Source of the DNA: Escherichia coli
Lineage (GTDB): Bacteria > Pseudomonadota > Gammaproteobacteria > Enterobacterales > Enterobacteriaceae
Assembly (NCBI RefSeq): GCF_003019035.1
Contig: NZ_CP027447.1
Reading direction: 5' to 3' (one strand)
Length of the DNA stretch: 64,000 nucleotides
Position numbers and translations under genes: made by a program. Shown here piece after piece: positions 43,270 through 53,253 of this stretch. The notes under the pieces are model-generated. The model was not told where the DNA came from, did not search any database, and was given only the letters and a program-made list of their open reading frames with translations. Within the stretch, counting starts at the first letter, position 1. Each line of letters begins with the position of its first letter.

Positions 43270-44150
43270 ACACTCCTCGTCAGTATTCTGGCGGCCATTG
43301 CACTTAATCCCGGAGACATGCGGTTGAATGCTGTGCCGGCGGCGTTAAGCTGCCCGGAAACGGTATCCAGAGCACCTGCAATATTTCTTTTGTCCACACC
43401 ACTCAGCGCCGACTGCGCCTGCTGTACATACGTGGCTGCCTCACTGGCTGTTCTGGCCAGACTGATGGCATCGGGCATGGATTCAGAGAGTGCATTAAAC
43501 GCCGGAACACTTTTCCCCAGAGCTCCGGATATATTACCCAGTCCGCTCATCAGTCCCGGCACACGGGTCAGCGCGACAACGGGGTTACCCTTCATTTTCT
43601 GCGCCACCCGAACGGCACTGATAGTGGTCTGGAGTACAGACTGCGCCTGTTTCGCATAGTTGACGCCGTTACGGACGAACTGCGCCACCCCGGAAGGCGA
43701 TGGAACAGCACCAGATACGGCCCCGGCACCGGGAACCTGCCTGCGTATTGCCGGCGGTTGCAGAGGATTTTTCGGGTCACCGGTGTATTCCCGGAGAGAC
43801 ACGGTGGCACTGACAGCCAGCACGTTACCGGTGCTGTCTGTCTGCTCGCTGGTTGCGGTCACATCGGTAATCACGAACCAGCCGCGATAGTCACCGTTGC
43901 CGAAGACCAGCGCCAGTGCCTGATGGGCCTTCATGGCTGTTCGCACTCTCGCCAGCTCCACGTCGGGCACACAATAATGCTGATGGAAGACCAGGCTTAT
44001 CTGGATTTCGTCCAGCCTGTCGCCGACGAACTGCAGGCCGGGTTTACCCTCGATGCGGGCATGCTCCGCATAATCGACGCCAAACGTGGCCTCGAAGCCG
44101 TCCCAGTAGGTAATCAGTTCAAACTCAATATCACCCAGTACGGCAAACAT
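43266..44150 (-). CDS. Tail protein, gpU-like N-terminal domain with Ala/Gly/Ser-rich extension
   Basis: 294-aa ORF immediately downstream of the tape measure gene. Confidence 0.55.
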   Translation of the reverse strand: MFAVLGDIEFELITYWDGFEATFGVDYAEHARIEGKPGLQFVGDRLDEIQISLVFHQHYCVPDVELARVRTAMKAHQALALVFGNGDYRGWFVITDVTATSEQTDSTGNVLAVSATVSLREYTGDPKNPLQPPAIRRQVPGAGAVSGAVPSPSGVAQFVRNGVNYAKQAQSVLQTTISAVRVAQKMKGNPVVALTRVPGLMSGLGNISGALGKSVPAFNALSESMPDAISLARTASEAATYVQQAQSALSGVDKRNIAGALDTVSGQLNAAGTAFNRMSPGLSAMAARILTRSV

Positions 44151-46615
44151 CAGCTGTACTCCTTACGTTGTTTCTGAGCCAGCAGACGCTCCAGCATTTT
44201 TTCCAGCTCATGCAGGCTCATATTCAGGGCACCAGCCAGCCCGGCAGGCGCTGCGGTTTCCTTACCATTGAGGAAAAACTGAGGATTAAAGCTGACCTGG
44301 ATACCGCCAGACGCTCCACCGCCGGTTGCCGTTGCGCCACGGCCTGAATATCCGGCAGCCATGATTTCCGGCGACGGGATACGGGGAACATCCGGTGTCA
44401 TTTCAGCGGCCAGACGCTGCCCGGCCAGTGCAGCAAGCGGAGTGGTCCGTTGCAGGCCAATGGCGGCACCCTGCGCGATATTGTCACCAAAGCCTATAAA
44501 CACGCGACTCGGTGAATGGATGCCCAGCTTTTCGCTGAACCAGTCACTGATGCTGTCACCCATTCCGGTTATGCTGGTTTTCAGTGACTCCCATTTGTTT
44601 CTGATGCCATTTATCAGCCCGTCAATAAGATGACCACCGAAGTCGGTGAATTTCGCCGGCAAATCAACGCCGAGATATTTCAGCGCAGCCGCAAAGGCTT
44701 TATAAAGCAGACCTGCCGGAGACCAGTTAACCAGCAGTTTACCAATTCCCGCGATACCGCCGTTAAAGGCTTCCTGAATGTCAGCCCAGCGCTGTTTAAA
44801 CCAGCTACTGACCGCGCCCCAGTTGCGGTAGATAAGGTAAGCTGCTGCCGCGACGGCGGTGATAGCGAGACCGATGGGATTCATCATCAGCGCCCGGCCA
44901 ATCCAGAGAACGGCACGCCCGGCGCTCATAATTCCGCGAACCAGCCCCCCTGAGAGCACACCCCCCAGTGTTCTGGCTCCTCTGGCGACGGCACCAAAGC
45001 CTGTCACCAGCCAGCGGAGTTTACCGCCTTCCCCCAGTGCGAGCATCAGACGAAGCCAGTTGGCCCGAAGTAAAACAGCATTTTTCCAGACGCTTACAAA
45101 GGGGGAAATAAGGAGATTCAGCCCAAACTTGAGACCGATAGTGGCCATCCTGAAAGCGAGTAATGCGCCCACAACCTTTATGGTGCTGCTGACGAGCTGC
45201 GGATTTGCCGCTATCCATTTGCCGACGCTGTCCATTAAAGGAATAAATGTTTCACCCAACTGGAGCAAAGCCGGACGCAAGGATTGCCCGATGCTGATAG
45301 CAGAATCATTAAAGCCGATCTGCATTCTGCGCCAGCGACCTTCAAGCGTATCATTCTGCTTTGCAGCATCCTTATCCAGGGTAGACATTGCAGCCGGAGC
45401 ATTCATTTCCTGCTTACTGGAAAGGTATTTATCCCAGCCCTGTCGCATTGACAGTAAATGGTTGACAGTCTGAATATCGGTAAAGACCTCAGCCAGACCA
45501 AATGACTCCATGAGTTTCTGCTGACCTTCCTGATCGCCTCTTGCTCCTGCAGCTTTCCATTGCTGCAAAAACGCTTTGCCTTTACTGTCGATAAAACGGT
45601 TGGCAATCATCAGTGAAGCTTCGTACTGCGAAAAACCCTGAGCGACGTAATTCTGCATTGACCCCGGGTAATCCACCCCGGCTTTAGCATATTTCTGGAT
45701 GGTATCTCCGCGGCCCATTGCTGCCAGCCAGTTGGACATATTGGTGACCGCTTCCTCTGCAGAGCCACTACCTTTACCGACCTCCAGACTGGCAACAATC
45801 TGGGTAATCGCATCTTTTCCATAAATACCACGAGCAGCGAAGGCTTTAGCCATACCGGGTAATGCTTTTGCCATATCCTTCAGCTCAAATGACCCAAGTT
45901 TGGCTCCTGTTGCCGCAATACCAAATGCCTGTTCAAGTTCTTTCGCATCAGTGATTCTGAGTGCATCGCTGAAGGCATAAGTCATTTTGGCAAGGTCGGT
46001 CATATCGGCTTTGGTTGCTGTAGCGGTCTTTCCAAGCATCTCTGCAAACGTTGCTGCCCGTTCGGGGGCCATACCATCAGCAACTAATTGTCCGACTCCC
46101 CCTAACAGAGACTCCTGCAGTTGGTTAACCTTCAGCGAGGCCTGTCTGATAGCCAGGCCAATTGCACGTTCCTGTTTTGCATCCAGGTCTCCTGTGACAC
46201 TGATATCCCGTAACTGTGATTCAAACGAGGCATATTGTTTAACCGAGGCCATGACCGGTGCGCCCAGCGTTCTGCCAATAGCATAGGTTTCTGCACCCTG
46301 ACCATAGAGCGCCAGGCGGTTAGCCTTCAACGCATCACCGGTGGCTGATACTGCTGACAGACGGCGCTGCTGACGTTCAATTTGCTCCATGGTGCGGCTT
46401 ACCCGCAGCAACTCGCTGTTGAGATGCTGCATCCGGGAAGAACCCAGTTGACCATAACGTTCTGTTGCCCGGGTTAAGGCATTCTGGCGTTCCTGCAGAC
46501 GGCGGGAGGTATCACCAAGGGAATCAAGGGCGCGTCGGGTGCCACTGACGGCTGAGCGGAAGCTGCTCCCGACAATGCCGCCAATAATGACGCCGACTGA
46601 AAATTCACTGGCCAC
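44150..46615 (-). CDS. Tail tape measure protein
   Basis: 821-aa ORF; long helical/Ala-rich protein with hydrophobic central segments, in the canonical position after the chaperone pair. Confidence 0.88.
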   Translation of the reverse strand: MASEFSVGVIIGGIVGSSFRSAVSGTRRALDSLGDTSRRLQERQNALTRATERYGQLGSSRMQHLNSELLRVSRTMEQIERQQRRLSAVSATGDALKANRLALYGQGAETYAIGRTLGAPVMASVKQYASFESQLRDISVTGDLDAKQERAIGLAIRQASLKVNQLQESLLGGVGQLVADGMAPERAATFAEMLGKTATATKADMTDLAKMTYAFSDALRITDAKELEQAFGIAATGAKLGSFELKDMAKALPGMAKAFAARGIYGKDAITQIVASLEVGKGSGSAEEAVTNMSNWLAAMGRGDTIQKYAKAGVDYPGSMQNYVAQGFSQYEASLMIANRFIDSKGKAFLQQWKAAGARGDQEGQQKLMESFGLAEVFTDIQTVNHLLSMRQGWDKYLSSKQEMNAPAAMSTLDKDAAKQNDTLEGRWRRMQIGFNDSAISIGQSLRPALLQLGETFIPLMDSVGKWIAANPQLVSSTIKVVGALLAFRMATIGLKFGLNLLISPFVSVWKNAVLLRANWLRLMLALGEGGKLRWLVTGFGAVARGARTLGGVLSGGLVRGIMSAGRAVLWIGRALMMNPIGLAITAVAAAAYLIYRNWGAVSSWFKQRWADIQEAFNGGIAGIGKLLVNWSPAGLLYKAFAAALKYLGVDLPAKFTDFGGHLIDGLINGIRNKWESLKTSITGMGDSISDWFSEKLGIHSPSRVFIGFGDNIAQGAAIGLQRTTPLAALAGQRLAAEMTPDVPRIPSPEIMAAGYSGRGATATGGGASGGIQVSFNPQFFLNGKETAAPAGLAGALNMSLHELEKMLERLLAQKQRKEYS

Positions 46616-46707
46616 GGTGGCTATCCTCTGAAAGCAAAAAAACGGAAGGGAAGTGTCTGAACCCCATGCAGAACAGCCGCGACTGGCGGCTGTTAAGTGA
46701 TACGTTG

Positions 46708-46965
46708 TTACTGATTGTCGCCGAACTCGCTTTTGATTTGCTCTTCAGCCTGCTCCAGCCACATCTCCAGATCGTCAGTATCGAGGGCATCAATCTCCCC
46801 CGGCTGAAACCTGAACCATCTCGCCAGCAGGCCCTGCGCCTGCATCAGTGTTTTTGTCGCTCTTGCCCAGCCCAGTGATTTTCTGAAATCGTTTCTGCAG
46901 CTCCATATAGTCGGCAAGATCCATGTTATCGAGGTCTTCCGGGAGGATACCGGTGCTACGGGCAA
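46708..46965 (-). CDS. Overlapping frame of the tail assembly chaperone (frameshift extension product, P2 E+E'-like)
   Basis: 85-aa ORF in the +1 frame, overlapping the 3' end of the 46790..47131 ORF; a GGGGGAG run sits 3 codons before the upstream ORF's stop. Confidence 0.5.
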   Translation of the reverse strand: MPVAPVSSRKTSITWILPTIWSCRNDFRKSLGWARATKTLMQAQGLLARWFRFQPGEIDALDTDDLEMWLEQAEEQIKSEFGDNQ

Positions 46966-47131
46966 TCAGTGGTTCGTCCCAGTCTGCCGGGTCTTTGTTG
47001 ATTTTGCGCACCTGCTTCAGGTCTTTAACTGTCAGGCGTTTCAGTTCAATCTGTTCAATTCTGGTACCTGCAGCAGTGGTGAAAGGATAAGACAGCGTAA
47101 AAGTATCGGACTGGGTCTGTGACATGATCAT
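46790..47131 (-). CDS. Tail assembly chaperone (P2 gpE-like)
   Basis: 113-aa acidic ORF between the tube and tape measure genes. Confidence 0.7.
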   Translation of the reverse strand: MIMSQTQSDTFTLSYPFTTAAGTRIEQIELKRLTVKDLKQVRKINKDPADWDEPLIARSTGILPEDLDNMDLADYMELQKRFQKITGLGKSDKNTDAGAGPAGEMVQVSAGGD

Positions 47132-47222
47132 ACTCCTTTGTAAATTCAGAGCAGTATGTCTGGCGGTGGACGTGACGGATATTAAAGGGGATTAAGAAGA
47201 AGGGGCCGGAGCCCCTGTGATG

Positions 47223-47504
47223 TCAGCAAGTGCGAAAACCCTTGCAGTTACGCAGGAAAGCGATGAGAAGCGCCTTTCCCTCAGATTTGCCGATGCCGGA
47301 GAACCAGTGGTCGGGCGGCTCCCATGCTTCAATCAAATCGGCCAGTTTTCGGGCCTTTGAACGTGTGCAGTCAATCGGGTCATTGGTTTTACGGGTATTA
47401 AAAAGGGTTTCCACCCCCGGAATATCAAGGAGGGTAAACCACGTACCATTTGACATGCCCAGTGACGCACATCGCCCTCCTTTGTCAGTCAGTTCAACAC
47501 TCAC
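47223..47504 (-). CDS. Hypothetical Cys-containing small protein
   Basis: 93-aa ORF between tube and chaperone; no recognisable domain. Confidence 0.35.
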   Translation of the reverse strand: MSVELTDKGGRCASLGMSNGTWFTLLDIPGVETLFNTRKTNDPIDCTRSKARKLADLIEAWEPPDHWFSGIGKSEGKALLIAFLRNCKGFRTC

Positions 47505-47506
47505 CG

Positions 47507-48028
47507 TCAGCCCCCGATATTGATCCGATAGTCAGTCAGTTGATCAACGCCACCGACGCGGAAGATGTTGGCCAGATAGTCCAGTTGCAGCAACTCTTCA
47601 CCATCCAGTACCTGTCTGATATACGTGCAGGTGAAGCTACTGGAGAACTCGGCGTTCTCGTGCTGTTTAAACGTCCCCAGCGGGTTCTTCTTGAACATAA
47701 TTGTCAGGAAGGTGACCAGCGGGATTTCGTCGATCAGCCCCTGCGAGCTGTAGCGCTGGACGCTGGAGCGACACTGCAGCGCCAGCGACCTGTACGGGTT
47801 CGCGGCAGACAGCATCGCATCGCGGTAAAAGCTGTTCCATTTGATTTCGCCTTCCAGTTTGTCAAAACCAGCCGGGAGTTCCACCTTACCCACCATCCCC
47901 AGTGCCTTGTGCTCCTGCATAATCATGGAGACATCGGGGAGTTTAACCTCCTCAGCCCGTCCCAGCAGGTTAGTACCATCCAGATAGATGTTGGCATTCG
48001 TGATTCGGTTTATCTCAATCTTTGACAT
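47507..48028 (-). CDS. Tail tube protein (Mu gpM-like)
   Basis: 173-aa ORF immediately downstream of the sheath gene. Confidence 0.85.
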   Translation of the reverse strand: MSKIEINRITNANIYLDGTNLLGRAEEVKLPDVSMIMQEHKALGMVGKVELPAGFDKLEGEIKWNSFYRDAMLSAANPYRSLALQCRSSVQRYSSQGLIDEIPLVTFLTIMFKKNPLGTFKQHENAEFSSSFTCTYIRQVLDGEELLQLDYLANIFRVGGVDQLTDYRINIGG

Positions 48029-49455
48029 CAGTTGCCCCCTTTCAGGGTTAACAGGTATTCCGAGGTGATCTCAGTCTCAAACGTCAGTCGCTCCAGCGGC
48101 GGTGGTGGCGTATATTTGTAGCTCAGCAACAGGTGCCCGGCGGCCAGCTCCGTTTCCGGATTGCGGGCCGGATCAAACCAGCAACGGAAGCCCAGTACCG
48201 CGCCATCACCAGTCATTTTGCGACCGTAAGCGTTGACCGACTCCGTCAGTGCATCAATCAGCGCCTGAGTAATCGGCATGTCGATGTACTGCTGGCTGAA
48301 GTAACGAATGGACTCATTGATCACATCACCGGTGCGGCGAACGTTCTCAAAGTTACGCATATGGGTGACCGTTGGCCATGCTGCCGTCCGGTTACCCCAC
48401 AGACGAAGGCCGCTGCCGTAACTGCTGAATACCGTGGTGATCCCCTGTTCGTTAAGCAGGTTCACCTCGCTCTGCGGATCGTCAATCATTGCCGACAGCT
48501 GGCGCTCCACGCCGGTGATCCCCAGAATCTCCTGATTGGAGGATGACCACCAGTACCCTTTGTCCAGGTCGACTCTGGCACGCAGGCCCGCCGCACGCTG
48601 GCTCAGTGGCTCCAGACGCTCCGTGTTCGTCACCGGGTCATATACCTTCACATGCGGGTAGCACAGGCGGACACGGTCAGAGCTGGTATTAAAGTTAATG
48701 GTGCCTTCCGGGCCACGTCCCGCCAGAGCCTGCGCAAAAGTGGTACCAACCGGCGCATCAATATAGGTTACTGCTCCCAGTTTCTCAGCCATGGCGATAA
48801 GCTCAACCGAGACGCTGTTCTGGGTGCAGAATACCGGAGCAATCAGGATTTTGGCGAAGTAGCCAAACAGGTTAAAACTGTCGTTAAGCAGCTTCATGCC
48901 GGTACGGTTGCCTGCAGCGTTAACGGTACCGATGATATCAGCCGGGGTGACTTTGGTCGGATCAGCATAGTTATAGCTGGCCTTCACCGTTGCATCTGCA
49001 GCAATGCTTTTACCCAGGTTAGTAATCACCCCGGTCTGTGCATCAAGCGAGTAGTCCTGACCTTCAACATAAGGCTGACCGTCGCTGTCCGGTTTCAGTA
49101 CCAGCTGCGCGACCACCGGATTAGCCAGCCGGGCTCTGCCTGTCGCCTTGTCGAACGACACATTCTCACTGACCACAGCGGTTTTATGCACAGACGGATC
49201 GAGTACGTTAATGACCAGAACGGTGCCTGCACCATGGTCATAAATCGCATCCAGCGCCTGCGGAATGGTAAAGCCGGTGAACTGGCTGCCAAATGCCGCT
49301 GCGTCTTTCTCAGACAGGCACTGTACCAGCGTATTGACATCCCCCATTGGTGCGGTACCAATCAGGCCAATAACGGCAGATTTCACCGTTTTAACCGGGC
49401 GGGCACCGTTTTCCACTTCAATGGTTTCGACGCCATGCAGATAGTTAGCTGCCAT
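48028..49455 (-). CDS. Contractile tail sheath protein (Mu gpL-like)
   Basis: 475-aa ORF in the sheath family. Confidence 0.9.
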   Translation of the reverse strand: MAANYLHGVETIEVENGARPVKTVKSAVIGLIGTAPMGDVNTLVQCLSEKDAAAFGSQFTGFTIPQALDAIYDHGAGTVLVINVLDPSVHKTAVVSENVSFDKATGRARLANPVVAQLVLKPDSDGQPYVEGQDYSLDAQTGVITNLGKSIAADATVKASYNYADPTKVTPADIIGTVNAAGNRTGMKLLNDSFNLFGYFAKILIAPVFCTQNSVSVELIAMAEKLGAVTYIDAPVGTTFAQALAGRGPEGTINFNTSSDRVRLCYPHVKVYDPVTNTERLEPLSQRAAGLRARVDLDKGYWWSSSNQEILGITGVERQLSAMIDDPQSEVNLLNEQGITTVFSSYGSGLRLWGNRTAAWPTVTHMRNFENVRRTGDVINESIRYFSQQYIDMPITQALIDALTESVNAYGRKMTGDGAVLGFRCWFDPARNPETELAAGHLLLSYKYTPPPPLERLTFETEITSEYLLTLKGGN

Positions 49456-49699
49456 GGGAGTCCTCCGTTTTCACTTCGCTGTCACTGCTGCTTCTGCGCT
49501 TTGGTGACTGCACTGCCGGTGTGACGGCGGGTTTAGTATCTTCTGGTACCGGCGTCAGATGCTTCAGCGCCACCAGTACCTTCACGTAGTCATGCTCCTC
49601 CGGCAGGGAAACCGTCTTCCCCGGCCAGAGCAGGATTTCGGTTCCGTCCCACAGCGTGACGCCGCTGGCCGGGCCGGAATAGCGGTATTCTTTCATCAC
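49445..49699 (-). CDS. Hypothetical small protein (Mu gp38 position)
   Basis: 84-aa ORF upstream of the sheath gene. Confidence 0.45.
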   Translation of the reverse strand: MMKEYRYSGPASGVTLWDGTEILLWPGKTVSLPEEHDYVKVLVALKHLTPVPEDTKPAVTPAVQSPKRRSSSDSEVKTEDSHGS

Positions 49700-50160
49700 T
49701 CGCTTTCCTCATAGTTCACTTCGGTTAACAGCGGGCCGGACGGTAAATCGCTGTCTTCGATAAAGACGCTTTCAGTCGCGAAGTCGAGGGCGTATTGCCA
49801 CAGCCCCCTGACTTCACCGATGAACACCTCGCGGGTCAGCCAGATACGGCGGCGGCAGCCGGGCGGGGTGTGGCCGCCGAGAATGCGGCGGACAGCATCC
49901 AGGACATTAATCGCCCCTTTTTTACCGTTGAGCTGGCGGAAGACCACCGTGACGCAGAGCTGGATAGTCTGAGACTGGATCACCGCACCGGTATCATCCG
50001 GCCTGTCAAAGCGCGAACCGGCATAGCTCAGCAGCAACGCGCCAACCGGATGGTTCAGGCGATATTCAGCCGGTTTCTCCGGGAAGTACTCCACCTGCAG
50101 TTGCGGCAGCTTCTCGCGTAACCGGGCCAGTACCGCATCAAGGACGGGCAGAACGTTCAT
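49696..50160 (-). CDS. Putative tail completion protein (Mu gp37-like)
   Basis: 154-aa ORF in the Mu gp37 position. Confidence 0.5.
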   Translation of the reverse strand: MNVLPVLDAVLARLREKLPQLQVEYFPEKPAEYRLNHPVGALLLSYAGSRFDRPDDTGAVIQSQTIQLCVTVVFRQLNGKKGAINVLDAVRRILGGHTPPGCRRRIWLTREVFIGEVRGLWQYALDFATESVFIEDSDLPSGPLLTEVNYEESE

Positions 50161-50606
50161 CAGTATTTCTCCAGTAAACCGTCACGACCGCCGAAAGTGG
50201 CCAGGCGGCTGCGTACACGAAACTCGCCAGGCTCAGGCACATCTTTCTGAGTGGACGGCAGCCCCAGCGTGAGCCTGTTATCACGTAACTCCCTGAGTTG
50301 CCGCAGCGCTTCTTTGTGGTCATCCTTCACCGTATCCGGGAGGTCACCTTCCGGGCGGCGGGCGTAGAGCCGGTAACGGACCAGCGTGATGGCAATGTCC
50401 CGCAGAACAGTCGGTATCTCTGCCAGTGGCAGGATATAGCGTCCGCGCAGATGGGCATCAATCAGCTCGTCGGCATAGCGGATACAGCTGTCCACCACAC
50501 GGGTATTCACTGTTGCAGGCGAGTCGAAGTCCATCTCTTCACTGGTGAGCTCGATCAGCGTTCGTTCCGGCACCTGCGCAAGCAAATCCTCCAGGGTGCA
50601 GTACAT
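50160..50606 (-). CDS. Putative head-tail connector protein (Mu gp36-like)
   Basis: Start chosen at MYCTLEDLLAQV to avoid overlap with the upstream ORF; track ORF runs to 50768. Confidence 0.5.
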   Translation of the reverse strand: MYCTLEDLLAQVPERTLIELTSEEMDFDSPATVNTRVVDSCIRYADELIDAHLRGRYILPLAEIPTVLRDIAITLVRYRLYARRPEGDLPDTVKDDHKEALRQLRELRDNRLTLGLPSTQKDVPEPGEFRVRSRLATFGGRDGLLEKY

Positions 50607-50607
50607 G

Positions 50608-50946
50608 TCACACCCCGCGCAGGATACGAATGACGTCGCCTTCACCCCCGGCTTCATCAAGTGCAATACCACAGGATTTACCGTCGCCGGACTGCGGCAC
50701 GGCTCTGGCCTGAGCATCTGACTGAACAGCCACACCACGGCTGACCGCAGCACCGGCCTCAACAGCAATAATGCCCAGAACGCTCACCGGCGTGCTGTCG
50801 CCGGTAACAGCATCCACATCGGCAACCCCGAGCGCTGCGGCACCGGCTTTACAGGGGGTATTATCTGCCCCGACAAAACGCTGCTGTGCCAGTTCTGCCC
50901 CTGCCGTTACGGTTGTAATCAGAATGACCTGCTGAGTGGTTCCCAT
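50608..50946 (-). CDS. Hypothetical head-associated protein
   Basis: 112-aa Ala/Gly/Val-rich ORF directly downstream of the major head gene. Confidence 0.45.
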   Translation of the reverse strand: MGTTQQVILITTVTAGAELAQQRFVGADNTPCKAGAAALGVADVDAVTGDSTPVSVLGIIAVEAGAAVSRGVAVQSDAQARAVPQSGDGKSCGIALDEAGGEGDVIRILRGV

Positions 50947-50955
50947 AACGCCTCC

Positions 50956-51909
50956 TTATTTACTGATACCGGTGATGAGATACCCGGCATCGCCACCAAC
51001 CACGGCGACTTTGTAGATATCGGTATAACGGCAGTACTTCACCTTGCCACCGGCTCCGTCGTATTTGTCAGCAACAGGCATCCCCTTACGACGCAGAGTG
51101 TAGCCGAAGGACGGCTCGTTCTCGTCCGCGCTGTCCGCCCCGGGCTGCGGTTTGCCGACATAGTGCAGCATCAGGTTGTCTCCCCAGATATCCGCCGGCA
51201 CGCTGTTTTTATCCATTGCCGCTTTCATGGATGGCAGGGAAACAGGAGCACCGATGACGATCTCTTCGATCTGAAAGAGGTCCTGCAGGATCTCCGTGGT
51301 GATGCGCTTACGCTCGTTGGCTCCGATGGCTGCCTGAAGTGCTGGATGGAACTTCAGCAGCGCCATCACGCCGGCACCCATGGTCATCAGGTTAGGACGC
51401 AGCCCTGTGGCCGTACGGACCGCTTCCATACCGGCTTCAATCACCCCGATGGGGTCACCCTTACCACCGGCCCAGCGGTCGCCGGACGTCAGTTTTTTGA
51501 CGTGTCCGGTACGGTAGACCTTTTCATCCTGAGCCAGACGGGCAGCGATAAGTTCACGGCGCAGGTTCACGCCATTCGTGGCGCGACGGATGGCCTTGCT
51601 CTCCTCGTTAAACATGGACTCCGCCTGTTCGCGGTAATCCACCGGCGCTGCCAGATCGTGTTCACCCAGCACCAGATCAAGCGTGTCGGTTTTCTCACGG
51701 ACCAGAACATTGCTGTCCGCCCCGACGGCGCGCTCGGTGTCATATTCCACAAAGGCGGTTTTCCCGAAGGTCGGTACACGCACGCCTTCCTTGTCCGTCA
51801 GCACGACGGGGAAAATACGTTCGCCGATGAATGCGGCATTTTTATAGCCACGGGCGATACTGGTCAGTACCGGATCAACGACACGTTTACCTTTTAAGTA
51901 ATCAGACAT
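50956..51909 (-). CDS. Major head subunit (Mu gpT-like)
   Basis: 317-aa ORF downstream of the protease/scaffold gene. Confidence 0.85.
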   Translation of the reverse strand: MSDYLKGKRVVDPVLTSIARGYKNAAFIGERIFPVVLTDKEGVRVPTFGKTAFVEYDTERAVGADSNVLVREKTDTLDLVLGEHDLAAPVDYREQAESMFNEESKAIRRATNGVNLRRELIAARLAQDEKVYRTGHVKKLTSGDRWAGGKGDPIGVIEAGMEAVRTATGLRPNLMTMGAGVMALLKFHPALQAAIGANERKRITTEILQDLFQIEEIVIGAPVSLPSMKAAMDKNSVPADIWGDNLMLHYVGKPQPGADSADENEPSFGYTLRRKGMPVADKYDGAGGKVKYCRYTDIYKVAVVGGDAGYLITGISK

Positions 51910-51923
51910 GATTTCTCCTTAAA

Positions 51924-53039
51924 TTACAGGCAGCGTGCGACAGCAGCCTCATAGCTGATGCCTTCTTTTTTGGACAGGGCCACTGCTTTCTGATGCAGGG
52001 CCAGACGCTCAGGATCGGCTTCCGCAAACTCCGCCACATCCACCTTCACCGTGTCGCCGACACGCTCTTTTGTGGCCTGTTCGGCGAAATTCATCACCGG
52101 CTCCCCGTCGGAGAGCAATGAACGAAAGGCGGTGGCCAGCGGTGTGCGGCTTTCCCCCTCAGCAAACTCCACCGGCTTGTCGCCACCGGCGACGGCATCC
52201 AGCAGGGCAACCACCACGGAGGAGGCGCGGGGAGCCAGACGGCCCTCTGCGACAAGTTTTTCTGCAAAGGCCACATTGTCCTTATGCAGTTGCTCCTGTC
52301 TGACCTGTGCATCACGCGCATCGCGATCAGCAGCCTGCTGCTTCAGGCGGCGGTTCTCCTCCTGAAGGGCTTCAATCTCTTCTTTTGTCATCGATGATTC
52401 CTCGTTACTTGCGGAAGACGGCCCCGGGCCTGTCTCACTGAATTGGGCACCTGCTGCATCCTGCGACAGTGTGTCGCGGTACGCCTCTTCGCGCAGACTG
52501 TTGAGCTGCCATTCCGGCAGGACTTTTTCTGCCTCGTCCAGACTGAAGCGGGCGATCAGAAAATCGCGCAGCTTTCCCCACAGGGAGGCATTCGTGATGG
52601 CCTGCCAGTCGGCGAACTCCACCACACCTTCTTCCTGCTCACTGAAGGACACCTGTTTCAGCCCCTTGACGGAAGGTGGCTGTGCCCCGAGAAAGCCCAC
52701 ATGGCGCAGGTAGAGCACGCCGGGCTTCGGATTGGACGGTGAATCCGGGAGGTAGAAAGAGGCGGACACTTTTTTGAATCGTCCGTCGGTGACCATCTCA
52801 GCAAACTGCGGGTCCAGCTGGGCAGGCTCTGCCATCAGATCGACGCCGCTGAGCGACAGGGCTTTCACCCAGCCCCACGCCGGGTCTTCCGTTCTGGGAT
52901 GACCAATCACGAGTGGTGCTTCATGGACGGACGGGTCATAGGCTTTCACGCAGGCGGCAAGATCGTCTGGCGTGAACGGCAGTTTTTTGCCGTGCATATC
53001 GGTATGAGTACCGGCTTTAAAAATGTGAATGGCTGACAT
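51924..53039 (-). CDS. Head maturation protease / scaffold (Mu gpI-like)
   Basis: 371-aa ORF; N-terminal protease-like domain and C-terminal coiled, charged scaffold-like region. Confidence 0.85.
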   Translation of the reverse strand: MSAIHIFKAGTHTDMHGKKLPFTPDDLAACVKAYDPSVHEAPLVIGHPRTEDPAWGWVKALSLSGVDLMAEPAQLDPQFAEMVTDGRFKKVSASFYLPDSPSNPKPGVLYLRHVGFLGAQPPSVKGLKQVSFSEQEEGVVEFADWQAITNASLWGKLRDFLIARFSLDEAEKVLPEWQLNSLREEAYRDTLSQDAAGAQFSETGPGPSSASNEESSMTKEEIEALQEENRRLKQQAADRDARDAQVRQEQLHKDNVAFAEKLVAEGRLAPRASSVVVALLDAVAGGDKPVEFAEGESRTPLATAFRSLLSDGEPVMNFAEQATKERVGDTVKVDVAEFAEADPERLALHQKAVALSKKEGISYEAAVARCL

Positions 53040-53253
53040 TTTGCTGTCCCGCGTTATGTTGTCGGAGACAGTTTGTGAGAAATGCAGGCCCGGCGATTTT
53101 AATCTGCTTTAGAAAACATCAGGGGAGAAGGACAGGGAAAGCAATGCGGTGAACCGGAAGCGGTTATAAAACAGAGGCTGTAAAGCCTTTATAAAGGTAA
53201 TACAGCCCCTCATTCGCTGGCAATGATAAATCACCCGCCTGAAGAGAGAAAAC

